DNA of 62,956 nucleotides, filler included, from Stramenopiles sp. TOSAG23-2 (GCA_900128395.1; 27 parts of 27 records of this genome joined end to end with filler, not necessarily neighbours in it); one strand, 5' to 3'; positions 1 to 12,656 are shown, counted from the first letter of the whole stretch. Program-made: numbers and translations. The notes: generated from the sequence alone by a model not told the origin.

Positions 1-380
1 GATGGAAGCAATAGTTACATTCCATTAAATGATAATGTTGGAAATGGCGTATAATATCATAACTCACAACTCACACATCGTGTTAAAAATGGAAGATGAT
101 CCAAACAATGCCAATTGCAATTGGGTTTGCCCAGCTTGCGCCTCATACGAGCGTCCTCGTACACATTTTAAAGATCCAAATAATACGAGTAATTATATTT
201 ATAAAGATAAAAGTAGTGGTTCACCAACCTGGAAAACATGTTCAGATAATTTGTGTACACGGAAGATCCATTTACTAGCATATGTTCTGCAGTTGAAAGT
301 GGTGATTCGAAATTAGGCATGTTGTGTGCTTCTCGACAGATCATTTCATTTTAAAAATTTTAAAACTAGTACATCAAATA

Positions 381-880
381 TTACAAACAACTCTTAATAT
401 TATTATTATTACTTTTGTTCTTCCTTTCATTTTGATTTTTTGCAGATAATTCCCCATAACTTTCATCACCAACAACGGGTGTATCGACAAGAACGGCACA
501 TGCCAATGCTGGTTTCTCATCTAAACATACCCATTCATGATTTGTTGCACGTTGAATAACAACATCAAATTGCTTTAATTTCGTTGTAGATCCATCATCT
601 AAATTTAATTCCACATTTGAATCAGATAATATGACAATATAATCAATCGTCGGTGTTTTATGCCTTTATTTCAATGTTTTTTTTTTGGTTTTATTTGTTC
701 GTATTATTTAAAATATCAAAATATAGGTTTTATTATATTTTAAATTATAACATGTGTTAAAATAAAAATTTAATAATAAAAGAGTATATATAGAGACGAA
801 TAACTTACATTCCTGGATTTTCTGTTGTTCCTAAATGTTCATGTTCAGTTCCCATACTTTTAAATGCATTTTTCGCTCGT
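381..880 (-). CDS. Cupin-domain protein, spliced, 5' end unresolved
   Basis: Intron 664-808 (GTAAGT...AAAG). Splicing gives ENPGM|HKTPTIDYIVILSDSNVELNLDDGSTTKLKQFDVVIQRATNHEW, matching the cupin pattern MHxTxTxDY...LxLDDG...DVVxQRxTxHxW. Ends -SCL. Confidence 0.8.
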
Positions 881-1169
881 AATATACAAATTGTTAAGAT
901 ACGGTGTATATGTATCTGTCAGCAATGAAAATATAAAATAGATTTTTGTTTTATAATGAATTAACGATTGATTATTTAGGATATTATGTTTGTAAAATTT
1001 AAAAAAAAATAATTTTTCTTGTCTTTTCTGGAGGATGGGTTATATATACAAAATACCCACTCATTTTGTCCACCCCATCATTTTCATTTTTCATCAATTT
1101 TCAACAAAAAATGATGGCGTGGAAAAATAATACCTAAGATATAAATTGGTAAGAGAAGGGTGTCGAATG

Positions 1170-1441
1170 TAAGTTTTAAACACACGGGAAAAGGATCGCG
1201 TCGTTAACTGTAAAAAGTCATGTTCATTAAAATCTACATCATAATAGACCTCTACTCTCCAACTCCATTATCTTGACCATTTACACAGTCAAAGGCTTCA
1301 CATCCTAAGTTTTAAACACACGGGAAAAGGATCGCGTCGTTAACTGTAAAAAGTCATGTTCATTAAAATCTACATCATAATAGACCTCTACTCTCCAACT
1401 CCATTATCTTGACCATTTACACAGTCAAAGGCTTCACATCC
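1170..1441. repeat. Exact 136-bp tandem duplication (probable assembly artefact)
   Basis: 1170-1305 is identical to 1306-1441. Confidence 0.9.
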
Positions 1442-1761
1442 ACACCCACAACCTAATTGAGGATTACTTTCGACTTACATCACCAATCACTTCAATTTTG
1501 TAATACCATTTTCCAGATGTTCAACTTTTATTATAATACGCATATTTTATTATCTCATTTGCTTATTCCATACTTGCATCATCTTCATCGTCTGAAGAAT
1601 CATCATTATCATCAGTACAGTTACTACCAAATAAACTATTAAACGCATTTTTGTTATTACCAAAAAAATCTAATGGAGCTTCTATTTGTATTTTTTAATA
1701 TTCAGGTGTATAATATTCTTTTCACAATTTTTTTTATATATAAATAAAATAATAATATTTT

Positions 1762-2130
1762 TTACATTTTTCCTCCATTATTATCCTTATTATTATCCTT
1801 ATTATTATTATTATTACTACTACTACTACTACTACTATTACTGTTGGACAAAGAAGACGAGGCCGATGACGATGATGAGGAAGAATACGAATTTTGAATT
1901 CTATTCATGGATCTGTTACGAGCAAACCCTGCTCTATTTCTATTTCTATGTCTATTTTTACTTTGTTGAAATTGCTCATCCCTTTTCAATCTTGTTAATG
2001 CTTCTATTAATATTTTTTCTTCATTTCTTAATATAGACAATGCCGTTTCAAATTGTTTTTTCGTCTCATCAAGGGTAATCCCCTCTGCTATCAATGTAGG
2101 CAACAAATTCTCTTTGGTATACGATGTCAT
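1762..2130 (-). CDS. Hypothetical protein: short coiled coil plus Ser/Asn low-complexity tail
   Basis: 122-aa ORF. An acidic downstream exon-like stretch (~1563-1685, EAPLDFFG...DDSSDDEDDASME*) may belong to it, but I could not reconcile the splice phase. Confidence 0.45.
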   Translation of the reverse strand: MTSYTKENLLPTLIAEGITLDETKKQFETALSILRNEEKILIEALTRLKRDEQFQQSKNRHRNRNRAGFARNRSMNRIQNSYSSSSSSSASSSLSNSNSSSSSSSNNNNNKDNNKDNNGGKM

Positions 2131-2251
2131 TGAGAAAAAAATAAAAGAAGAAAAAGTGTTTTGTCATGTTGTTCTATCTTTTTACATCTAGATCTATCTA
2201 AATTATCTACATCCAAATATACTTTGAATAAAATTTTTTATCTGTACACTA

Positions 2252-2351
2252 NNNNNNNNNNNNNNNNNNNNNNNNNNNNNNNNNNNNNNNNNNNNTTAAT
2301 TAATTAANNNNNNNNNNNNNNNNNNNNNNNNNNNNNNNNNNNNNNNNNNNN
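2252..2351. other. Artificial contig-joining linker (N44-TTAATTAATTAA-N44), first of 26
   Basis: The same 100-nt linker, with stops in all six frames, starts at 2252, 4602, 6951, 9299, 11646, 13992, 16337, 18679, 21019, 23359, 25698, 28033, 30366, 32699, 35032, 37364, 39695, 42025, 44355, 46683, 49009, 51335, 53661, 55986, 58311 and 60635. Contig lengths decrease monotonically. Confidence 0.98.
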
Positions 2352-2696
2352 GTGTTAAATTTAGCATCGACACAGCATCAGAAAATGTAGATTGCACTTA
2401 TAGGTAATGGATGTATATTCTAAATTGGTGATTTAGTACAATAAAACAAAGATTTTATACGAATCCACATCAACCGATCACGCTTTTATTTCTATATAGA
2501 TTCTACGGATAGATTTATACTAGTAGTACTAGAAGAAAAAGATGATAAAAAGTAAAAAAGATGGAGACGACGTGCCAGCCTTAGGGCCAGCGGCTGCACA
2601 CTCTCTGATTTTGCAATTTTAAAAAATTGTCAAGATCTATCATATTAAATTTTTACGCTAAACTAGGAAACAAAATGGAATTTGTGTGTAAAATAT

Positions 2697-4188
2697 TTAC
2701 ACTGTTATTTTATCTACGAGCGTTTGTACCCCTTCCATAAACGGCGTCAAACTAAATGGAATTCGTTTTAAATCCTCTTCTTCCAACTGCCCACCATGTG
2801 AACGCCATGCTTCAATTGTACTTGCAATCACCACGCGATCACGCTCGTTGACTTCATGGATGTTTCCAGAAGTAACAGTAGTCACAAACTGTCCATGACC
2901 GGAAGCCCTGACAAATTCGTTATATTTTTGTATCCGTGGATGCCTTCCACATCCATGAAAGCAACAAGAATCCCATTCATGTAACACTTGCACTTGGGCA
3001 CGTTCTGCCTCAAGAGATGCCAAGACGTAAAGCGAGGTGTAATTAGCAACCATGGCCCACGGCTGGTCGCAAAACTGTTCATAATCCCAACTTGTATGAG
3101 CAAAATCACATGGTATTGATCCAGCAACTGGAATAGACAAACCTATTCTTGTATCAATTGCACTTGCCATATGGGTAGTGAATCCACCTCCGGAAAGTCC
3201 AGCCATGACAATCTTTTCATACCCAATAGATTTTGCATAATTAATGGTCAACCAAACAGGCTCAATGAAAAAACGCATAAATGGAAAACTATCTGAATTT
3301 ATTCCATCCTTTCCAGCAAACTGAGCAAACCATTCGTGGCTCTTTGGATGAAGAGGATCCTTAGCATTGCACCCACGAAATGGCATTTGTAAATGCATTA
3401 CATCAAAGCCTATAATTGGTTATTATTGAACAAAAAAATATATAGATGTGTTTGTGTGTGTGTTAAAATGATGTTAGATTTATTTTTTTCACATTATATT
3501 ATTATAAATAATTATTAGTGTTATAAAACCTACCTAAACGATTGAACCAATCTACCGTCTCCTCTACATCATAGTGACATCCGTTTGTCACAGCATGGCC
3601 ATCATGAAAAATAACTAATGTATCCGATTGCCTCAATGGTGGTTGAGAAGGGTAAGGCCACTGGGCAGTTGGTGTAGGTGGTTTTTCTGGACCATGGTTA
3701 TATTTAAATTTCTCTGAATTACCTGTAGCAACACCACTTGTATTAAGGGAATGAATTACCACACTTGAAAGGTCAACAGACCCAAAACTTTCATTAACAA
3801 AAATGGACATGTTCCAACTAAAGGTTGTAGCATTTATTGGTTTTGCACATGTACTTGCAGGGCATTCTCCACGAAGTAAGCACATGCAATTTCCAAACAC
3901 CACAGGCGTGGTGAAAGGTGTTGGGCCAACATCTGGCTTTATTCGAGTAGGTGGTGAGCCACCCCCCCATAATTTTTTAATAAGATTTGCCCGTGCAGAG
4001 ATCCAACTTTTATAACTCCCATCATGAGGTAATGGAGAAAATGGTTTGCATGTTTTATTATTTGTTTTTCCATCACAAACATCAGGAAATCCAGGAGAGC
4101 CATTAAAAGAACAATGATACGCTGCAATTACTTTTGCAAACACAAAAAATATTATCAAAACGATATACCAATTATTCAATATATACAT
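2697..4188 (-). CDS. Secreted alpha/beta-hydrolase-fold protein (two exons)
   Basis: Exons 4188-3534 and 3409-2697; intron 3410-3533 (GTAGGT...ATAG) joins NRLG|FDVMHLQMP in frame. Hydrophobic signal peptide, nucleophile elbow GLSGGG, downstream Asp (WDSCCF) and His (NIHEV). Confidence 0.85.
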
Positions 4189-4701
4189 TTTATTTTCTTA
4201 TTCTTATTTATTGAATTTATAAACAATAAAAAGACCCAAAAGAAAAAAAAAAAGAAAAAGATTAGACAAAGAAGGTATATATACAACAGGTATATCACGT
4301 AAAAAAAATATTCATATACAATATTTATTCTGCTTTTTTTTTGTTACTAATATACATATATATATATATAAACAAAACAGCAATGTATAGTTCTTCGTAT
4401 TAATATCACAATTTATATCCTCTGTTGTCGTCTAAATTCATACCAACATCATCCAAAAACTATAAATATTAAAATCTATATAAATGAAATAAATAAGCAT
4501 CATAATATCTTTTTTGGCAACAACTTTGCATATATATATGTGCCGAAAAAAAGCCGAAAAAAAGATATTTCCCTATCAAAAGTATAGCTATATTATTGCA
4601 CNNNNNNNNNNNNNNNNNNNNNNNNNNNNNNNNNNNNNNNNNNNNTTAATTAATTAANNNNNNNNNNNNNNNNNNNNNNNNNNNNNNNNNNNNNNNNNNN
4701 N

Positions 4702-5615
4702 GCAATGGTACATTTGATGTAGCAAATGCCCATATACTATTTGATAAGTTTTGTGGTTTAAATCTTTTTAGTTCATCTTGTGATATTTCATTATATCGTG
4801 TTATAAGTTGGTTTGGCAATGGTACATTTGATGTAGCAAATGCCCATATACTATTTGATAACTCTTGTGGTTTAAATCTTTTCAGTTCATCTTGTGATAT
4901 TTCATTATATCGTGTTACAAGTTGCTTTGGCAATGGTACATTTGATGTAGCAAATGCCCATATACTATTTGATAACGCTTGTGGTATAAACCTTTTTAGT
5001 TCATGTTGTGATATTTTATTATATCGTGTTACAAGTTCCTTTGGCAATGGTACATTTGATGTAGCAAATGCCCATATACTATTTGATAACGCTTGTGGTA
5101 TAAACCTTTTTAGTTCATGTTGTGATATTTCATTATATCGTGTTACAAGTTCCTTTGGCAATGGTACATTTGATGTAGCAAATGCCCATATACTATTTGA
5201 TAACGCTTGTGGTATAAACCTTTTTAGTTCATGTTGTGATATTTTATTATATCGTGTTACAAGTTCCTTTGGCAATGGTACATTTGATGTAGCAAATGCC
5301 CATATACTATTTGATAACGCTTGTGGTATAAACCTTTTTAGTTCATGTTGTGATATTTTATTATATCGTGTTACAAGTTCCTTTGGCAATGGTACATTTG
5401 ATGTAGCAAATGCCCATATACTATTTGATAACGCTTGTGGAATAAACCTTTTTAGTTCATGTTGTGATATTTCATTATATCGTGTTACAAGTTGCTTTGG
5501 CAATGGTGCGTTTGATGTAGCAAATGCCCATATACTATTTGATAACGCTTGTGGTTTAAACCTTTCTAGTTCATCTTGTGATATTTCATTATATCGTGTT
5601 ACAAGTTGGTTTGGT
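4702..5615. repeat. 114-bp coding tandem array (~8 near-identical units)
   Basis: Direct repeats of gcaatggtacatttgatgtagcaaatgcccatatactatttgataa... with 114-bp period, running into the contig end. Confidence 0.95.
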
Positions 5616-6256
5616 AAGGGATGGGCTAATTTTACAAGTGACCATGTAATATTTGCCAATGCTTGTGCTCCATACTCAGATAAATCGTCCATTTCTACTA
5701 TCAACATACTGATTAAGTCTTTATTGATATGTTTAATACCAGAATTTGTTTTTAGCTTTGCTAAGACACTAAACGATGTTGAAACATTTACATCATTAAA
5801 ATATTCAATGTTTTTTCTAATAATATTTTTAAGCAGCTTGTAGTCACCTGTGTCACGGCATTTTACTATTGCTTTATTTATCTCAATGCATCTTTGTCTA
5901 TTTACACGTTTACTACTGACGTTGTTATATCGTTTAGTGCTCGAATAGCAACAACGTTGTGTCAGTGTTGGTGCAATATCTATGCCTCCTTTACAAGTAA
6001 TACTAATACGATTATCCATATGATAACTCATATTCAAATTCATATTCATATTGTTAATGTTATTATTATGCCTTGTTTTTTTTTCAAAGCCAACTTCAAA
6101 ATATTTCTGTTGTATGGTCGCCCTGAAACAGTTGTTATTACATTCCGAAAAACACAAAGTGGATATCGGAAGTCCGTGAAATAGTTGTTGCGGTAACACA
6201 TAACCTTGTCGTTTGGAGGCGACAAAACATGTTGAAGACACGATCTTCCGCAACAT
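4702..6256 (-). CDS. OPR/RAP-associated (DUF1601-like) 38-aa helical-repeat protein, 3' truncated
   Basis: Repeats FxPQ[A/E/N]LSNSIWAFATSNVPLPxxLVTRYNxISQxELKR. N-terminus MLRKIVSSTCFVASKRQG is Arg/Ser-rich and acid-poor, like a mitochondrial presequence. Confidence 0.75.
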
Positions 6257-7050
6257 TTATATACAGGTGTCAGGTGTATCTAATACCGATATAAAATACT
6301 CTCTTTCCAATAATGTCAAGTATGTAAGGAGACGAAGATGATGGTTCCCTGAAAACGAACACTATATATATATGTAGTACAAAGTGCTGCTCAACAAAGA
6401 CAATAATTCTGAACGACTATAATAATAAACTATTTATTATATTTTTTATTCGTAGTATTATGATTTATATATTTATTATTTCTTCTTTACGTATATTTTA
6501 TACACTCTCTATATCACTTTCTATGTTATGATCGCCGGCTTGTATAATACATAAAATATGATGTGTTGATGTGAAAACAACAAAAACAACAACAACAATC
6601 TAAATCCGCCGGGATGATTTACCACACCCTATGCTGTGCTCATACTAGCACACATATTATGCCTGACTTTAACTTCCGACTTCCAGGACTTCCGACTAAA
6701 ATTTATAAATTCCAAGTCGTCTGCTCTGCTAAGCTTACCTGGTATGTGCGTATCTTAATCTATCTGGCTATTATAATATCTGGCCTTATATAGGGCTGGC
6801 TATAATATCCAGCTATCCTATTTTAGGAAAAGTTGACGACTATAGATAGGATGATAGGATGATTTGCAACATTTAGAGATTTAGATTTCAATGATGTGTG
6901 GACAATTTAAATTATTATACATATAAATAGCGTAGGAGACGCATAGTAAGNNNNNNNNNNNNNNNNNNNNNNNNNNNNNNNNNNNNNNNNNNNNTTAATT
7001 AATTAANNNNNNNNNNNNNNNNNNNNNNNNNNNNNNNNNNNNNNNNNNNN

Positions 7051-8894
7051 TGGTTTAACAATTAACATTTCAATGATCCAAAAAAATAAATTTACAAACC
7101 CAAAAATAACAATCACAAATACAAAAATACTATTACCAATAAAACCACGTCGAAGGACAGGAATATATAATTCATTTTCACTTATCGCAATTGCTTTATC
7201 AGATTGAAATGGCCCTTCAAGTCGAAAGAAGGTTACATAAGATTGTCCAAGTGCATACGCAATAGCTATTCTAGGATTTTTCCACCACCATTTGAAAAGT
7301 AAATCTGGTGCAGCATGTATATCGCGTGCTAAATCATGCATGTATGCGCCATAATCAACACCGTAACGGCATGTCCTAGGATTTTTCCCAAGCAACTCGT
7401 ATGATATTATATTATTGCTTTCCATCCCTTTGCCATGGTTGCGTAGAACATGATTTAATTTCATTTCAATCCACCACATTACTTGCATCTCACTCATTGG
7501 TGGTATTGCACCTACGTTAGGCCTAACAAAACCAATAAATGCTAATGTCGGCTCTCTTTTATCACAAATTAAATGTTCACTTGGCAATGGATCATCATCA
7601 CCTCCTTGATCCTTCGATTGATATAGAAATGGAAATTTTTGCCTATATCCAGTGCAAAATACAATAAAATCAAAATCTTCATATTCACCATTGGTAAAAT
7701 GAACCGTCGTTCCATTTTTAGCAATTTTCGCAATTGCACTTTTAATGTTAATAATTTGTTGTTCTGGATTTTTATTTTTCTTATCAAAAATTTTATAAAT
7801 ATTTCGTCCAAACCAACTATTCTTTTTAATTTGTGGATTTATATATGGCATAGCATTGACACTTTTATTTATTATATGATATCCACGATAAACATTTGGT
7901 AATGTCCCAGCCCATTGATTATAACCACCAGCACTACCTGTTCCAAAATAAAAAGCACTACGTATAAATGGACCAGTAAATTTCCATTTTAATTTTAAAT
8001 ATTCAGTCCATTTATGTTGATAACAACATTCAAATAAATTTGTAATATATGTATCAAGTGGTATATCTTCTGTCAATACAGTTGGTACAGATAGAAATCC
8101 TTTACGAACAACCAATGACACTTGTTTATTCGATGTAATAACTGCTCGATATGCTAAATCCATTGCAGTCTCACCACAACCAACAATTAATACTTTTTTT
8201 CCTTTAAAAATAGATTTTTTTTTGTATTGAGAGGAATGCATCACTTTCCCTTTAAAACTGTCTAACCCATTGATAGTTGGGATATAAGGCACGTTATGCA
8301 AACCGCTGCAACATGCAATTGCATTAAATTTTTTTTTCGATAAGTATTTTTTTATATTTGTATTATTGTATCTATCATTTAAATATTTACATTGAACACT
8401 ATATAGTATATTATTATTCTGTCGATGTTTATCAATGTTTACTATTTGTGTATCAAAATATATAAATTGATACAGATCAAATTCTTCACAATATTGGTGT
8501 AAATAATTTCTATTTGTGTATCAAAATATATAAATTGATACAGATCAAATTCTTCACAATATTGATGTAAATAATTTAAATATTCAGGAATAGGTGGATG
8601 ATTATCAGATGCATCTTCCCACCTAAAATCTGAAAACGATGTGATATATTTTGAACTAACCAATGATCCATTATCATACGATTTATTGGCAAATGTTCCA
8701 CCAATTTTTGACGATGCTTCAAGAATTATAGCATTATAATTATTTTCTAATAATGTTTTTAATGTTACTAGTCCCGACGGCCCGGCACCAATAATTAATA
8801 TCATATTATTATTATTTTCATCAATGATATTATTACTTGAATTTTTTTTCCGTGATGGTGTTGCTCTCCTTTTTTTCGCATCTTTTCGTACCAT
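7051..8894 (-). CDS. Flavin-containing monooxygenase (FMO); frame broken by a 68-bp duplication; 3' truncated
   Basis: GAGPSG (FAD), FKGKVMHSSQYK (FMO signature), GCGETA (NADPH), FCTGY, and a C-terminal hydrophobic segment. Removing one 68-bp copy joins ORFs 8442-9026 and 7003-8301. Probable start MVRKDAKK at 8894. Confidence 0.9.
8442..8577. repeat. 68-bp tandem duplication with one mismatch inside the FMO
   Basis: 8442-8509 vs 8510-8577 differ at attggtgt/attgatgt; probably two alleles assembled in tandem. Confidence 0.85.
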
Positions 8895-9574
8895 CTTAAA
8901 AAAAAAAGAAACTACTTTCAATTCTTTCTTTTTTTCTTTTGATAAGAAATGTCTCTCTCTCTCTATATATACAGTATACGAGGATATATATATATATGAG
9001 GTATTTCTATCTGGTATAAAAAACAATTTTTAAAAACTTTCTGACAGACAATTGCTAAGGATTGCACAATTGCAACAATTTGTGTGAAGAAAAAAAAAAG
9101 AACGAAAATAGTGTGAACAACAGTAGTCGTCTTACTATTGTAATTTGCATATAATATTAATATTACCAGCATATTATACTACTGTACCACCTTAACCTGG
9201 TGGTAGCGCTTGGTATTGGTGGTAATAGAGCTAGAGCTAGCCCAGCTAGCTACGTAGAGTACCACATTTTTGGTATGATATTCGCCTATACTAAATCANN
9301 NNNNNNNNNNNNNNNNNNNNNNNNNNNNNNNNNNNNNNNNNNTTAATTAATTAANNNNNNNNNNNNNNNNNNNNNNNNNNNNNNNNNNNNNNNNNNNNTA
9401 AGTATTTTTATCTGTCTGTGTGTGTGTGTGTGTTATATATACGTAATTATTATCTTTCACTTCTTTTTTTTTCCACGTTGTTCTGCGATCTATATATAAT
9501 GAATATTTCCATATAAGGCCTTTTATCTCATTCTATCCATCTTTCTTTCACTCTCTCACATTCCATCATATTAG

Positions 9575-10395
9575 TCATTGTGATACGCTCGACAAATACA
9601 GAGCTTGGTAAAATTCGACGTGATGCTATACGGAAAACATGGGGTCAGGATATTAAAAATCATCCACATGTTCGATTATTTTTTCTTGTATCATCTAATA
9701 ATATTGGTGCAAGTACTAATAATAATAATAATAATAATATTGATGCTGAAGATGATTTATATAAAGATCTTTTAATAACACCATCATCAAACAATTATAT
9801 ATTTAATGATAATGCAAAAAATGATTCAAGTATTAATTTTCGAACTATGAATGATACTATATGGTTTATGCAAGAAATTACAACTCGTATTGATGATTTT
9901 TGGTACGTGTATGTAGGATATGATAATGTCTATTTAAATGCATTGAGATTAGTAAATGAAATGTCGAAACAAGTACGTTTATTTTCGTTTTACGTTGGTA
10001 CAGTTAATGAGGCTATTACAGGCGAGACTGTCATGACAAATCGTGATATTGTTAGTAAAAATGAATATCCTTTGAATACATTACCGCCATATGCATTGGA
10101 TACACACTATATGTTGTCCATAGACAATATACGTTTTATAGTGGGCAATGTACAGAATTTACGTTCGTTACCATTGAAAGATGAAGGTATTACTTTAACT
10201 TTATGGTTATTAGGATTGCAAGTACATCCAGAAAATCACGTTATGTTTCAATCATACCGTAAATGTACACAAAATGTTGTTGATGGTGGACATACTGATG
10301 GCGTCTTGTCATTGAGTAACATTCCAAATGTACCTACGATGTATGATATACATAATCAAGCAAAGGATCAGTTGGGATATGTATGTGAGAAATAA
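9575..10395 (+). CDS. Beta-1,3-galactosyltransferase-like (GT31) terminal exon
   Basis: RRDAIRKTWG, VRLFFLV, YKDLL, EYPLNTLPPYA, DEGITLTLWL. Pyrimidine tract plus AG acceptor at 9573-9574. The DxD motif looks degenerate (YDN). Confidence 0.7.
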
Positions 10396-10613
10396 AAAGA
10401 TAAATATATATACGTAAAAAATTAAAAAATTTTCGGATTGTAAAAAATATATGTTATTATGTGTGCGGTAAAATATCGATAATATGTTGTTTTACAAAAA
10501 TATACGAGCGTAAAATACTTCTTTTATCTTTTTCCATTTTTTTTAACAATTGTCGTCTGGCACCTCCTCTGCTCTCTCTGCTGGATGTGTGTGTGTGTTA
10601 ATATATATATATA

Positions 10614-11180
10614 TTAATATTCACCTTTATGAATCTCCACACCACCTTTAGCACGGGCAGCACTAACTTTCGCTTCCCATCCAGGTTGTGAACGTGCTTT
10701 TTTATCTTGTTTAAATTTTTGTAACAATTGTTTACGTTGTTGGTTCTCTAAACGGCGTTTCTCTTTAAGTTTTGCTTCTTCCCTATCACGTATTACAGCT
10801 TTAGAACTTCGTTTTGATAATAAAGTCACATCTACTTTTTTTGTTGTTGCTGGTCCAACGTTTTCTTGTGATGTTTTAAATTTATTACATATTGCTTCCA
10901 ACGTATTTGCTTCTTGTTGAATGAACTCCGTTGTCCCTTTAAAAACCAACAAATTGTCCCCATCTTCTCTCACAAATCCCACTTTGACTAAATAGTCAAC
11001 TGCAGCACCATTATTCACTTGAACAATACGTTCATTAATTTTTGGATTTGATAGTTTAATAGTTTTAAATTTGTCGTTATTTTTCAATAAATTTTTCACT
11101 AATTTGAAACATGTATTGTAACATATGTATTCTTTTTCATTGTTTACACGTACATACGATGCATGTGGTGTGTACGACAT
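10614..11180 (-). CDS. PUB-domain protein with C-terminal charged coiled coil
   Basis: KLVKNLLKNNDKFKTIKLSNPKINERIV...GAAVDYLVKVGF matches the PUB (p97-binding) pattern. Confidence 0.75.
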   Translation of the reverse strand: MSYTPHASYVRVNNEKEYICYNTCFKLVKNLLKNNDKFKTIKLSNPKINERIVQVNNGAAVDYLVKVGFVREDGDNLLVFKGTTEFIQQEANTLEAICNKFKTSQENVGPATTKKVDVTLLSKRSSKAVIRDREEAKLKEKRRLENQQRKQLLQKFKQDKKARSQPGWEAKVSAARAKGGVEIHKGEY

Positions 11181-11521
11181 TATTATTATGTGTTTGTTTT
11201 TGTTTGTTAAGTTTGTTTATATGATATGTAATTTTTTGTTTTCTGTTTTATTCTCTCTTTTTTTTTGTATCTTCATCTGCTCGTGTTGGAGGTCTTGTGC
11301 GTTTTTCGTATATATCCACTGGTAGAATTCTATGTTTGATTATTTTTACGACAAAACAACAACAAAAGTGCACAACGTTCACTGAAATAATAATAATCGC
11401 GTGTCTTCATCAAATATTATAATAGCATATGAATAGCACACCACCGTCTAATGGAGGAAGTTTAACCCTAAGAAAATTATCTATTCCTCTCTACTATTAA
11501 TAATAACTATAATACTACTAA

Positions 11522-11530
11522 TACCTGGTA
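11522..11530. promoter_or_regulatory. Candidate upstream motif TACCTGGTA (representative copy)
   Basis: Exact copies at 6736, 11522, 28164, 34877 and 48914, all non-coding and on the 5' side of the nearest ORF. Confidence 0.35.
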
Positions 11531-11745
11531 TACTGCTGGTGGCCAATATACTAGTATGTTGCATATGTGCATTTTTTCAAAAAAAAAAAATTATTATATA
11601 TTTTATTATCATTATTTATTATCTAATTATATAGTAATACAACACNNNNNNNNNNNNNNNNNNNNNNNNNNNNNNNNNNNNNNNNNNNNTTAATTAATTA
11701 ANNNNNNNNNNNNNNNNNNNNNNNNNNNNNNNNNNNNNNNNNNNN

Positions 11746-12095
11746 GACATATAGAAATAGTAAATAGATTATTAAAGCACGATTCAATTGATATTAATAA
11801 AGCTACAAGCGATAATAGTCAAACGCCACTTTATGTTGCATGCAAAAGAGGACATATAGAAATAGTAAATACATTATTAAAGCACGATTCAAACGATATT
11901 AATAAAGCTACAAGCGATACTGGAGAAACACCATTGCATGCCGCATGTTCAAGCAAAAGCTGGGAGACCCTTGATTTAGCAAAATTACTACTTGCATCTG
12001 GAGCTGATTGCAGTATCGAGAACAGCAATGGGAGTAAACCATATGGCTTTAACGAAGATGGTACATTAAATGAAGGCATGTTTGATGATTATTGA
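11746..12095 (+). CDS. Ankyrin-repeat protein, C-terminal fragment (absent from ORF track)
   Basis: Open frame from 11748: HIEIVNRLLKHDSIDINKATSDNSQTPLYVACKRGHIEIVNTLL...GETPLHAAC...LLLASGAD; stop TGA 12093-12095. Confidence 0.88.
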
Positions 12096-12191
12096 TTATA
12101 TGATGTTGATGACTATTGACGACCACAGGAAAGACACATACTGTAGACTGTAGACACACACACACACACCATGTTTTTTTAAAGTATGATA

Positions 12192-12656
12192 TTATAATTT
12201 ACTTTTAATTTGTTTTGCGTTGTTAATATCCGATTCACCATCTTTACTTCCTAATACTTCCGGTAAATCACGATCACTATTTGGATCCATCATGACTAAT
12301 GCACCTTTTAATTTTCCCTCTCCAGCATGTGATACAATATATTGCATTTGTTCAATAACAGCACCTTCGGCATGAGGGGCACCAGCTGGTATAATGACTT
12401 TATCACCTGCTTCCACTTGTAATTTTTCTCCATCACCGGTTAAAAAATAGGTCTTTCCTGCTAAAGCATATGTTACAATATCGACAGGATGATAATGAAA
12501 AGGTAATTCGTTTTCAGTGACTGGTGATGTTAAAGGCCTTGATTTAAATCCATTTTTTATGACATCTGCTTCTACATCTTCTTTTGTTTTAAAGAAATGT
12601 TTCACTACTCTTACTTTTGGCATTTCATTGTTGGTATTATTGTTACGTTCCGCCAT
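12192..12656 (-). CDS. Cupin-domain protein with PTS1 (-SKL)
   Basis: PFHYHPVD...YALAG...GDKVIIPAGAPHAE two-motif cupin; C-terminus IKSKL. Confidence 0.8.
   Translation of the reverse strand: MAERNNNTNNEMPKVRVVKHFFKTKEDVEADVIKNGFKSRPLTSPVTENELPFHYHPVDIVTYALAGKTYFLTGDGEKLQVEAGDKVIIPAGAPHAEGAVIEQMQYIVSHAGEGKLKGALVMMDPNSDRDLPEVLGSKDGESDINNAKQIKSKL

Noticed and set aside
29-316. PHD-finger-like fragment (CNWVCPAC)
   Set aside because: Only the last Cys pair is present, upstream frames have stops, and it sits at the window edge; there is not enough support.
1686-2036. Poly-Tyr ORF and other antisense or shadow ORFs (e.g. 11831-12079, 29790-30329, 31953-32354, 41430-41876)
   Set aside because: They are opposite-strand or alternate-frame shadows of better-supported genes or of (AAT/TAC)n tracts.
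2296-2307. Regularly spaced TTAATTAATTAA as a biological repeat or CRISPR-like array
   Set aside because: It is always centred in N-runs of fixed length; it is a synthetic six-frame-stop linker.
8442-8577. FMO pseudogene or programmed frameshift
   Set aside because: The break is exactly a 68-bp duplicate with one SNP; removing it restores an intact FMO, so an assembly artefact is more likely.
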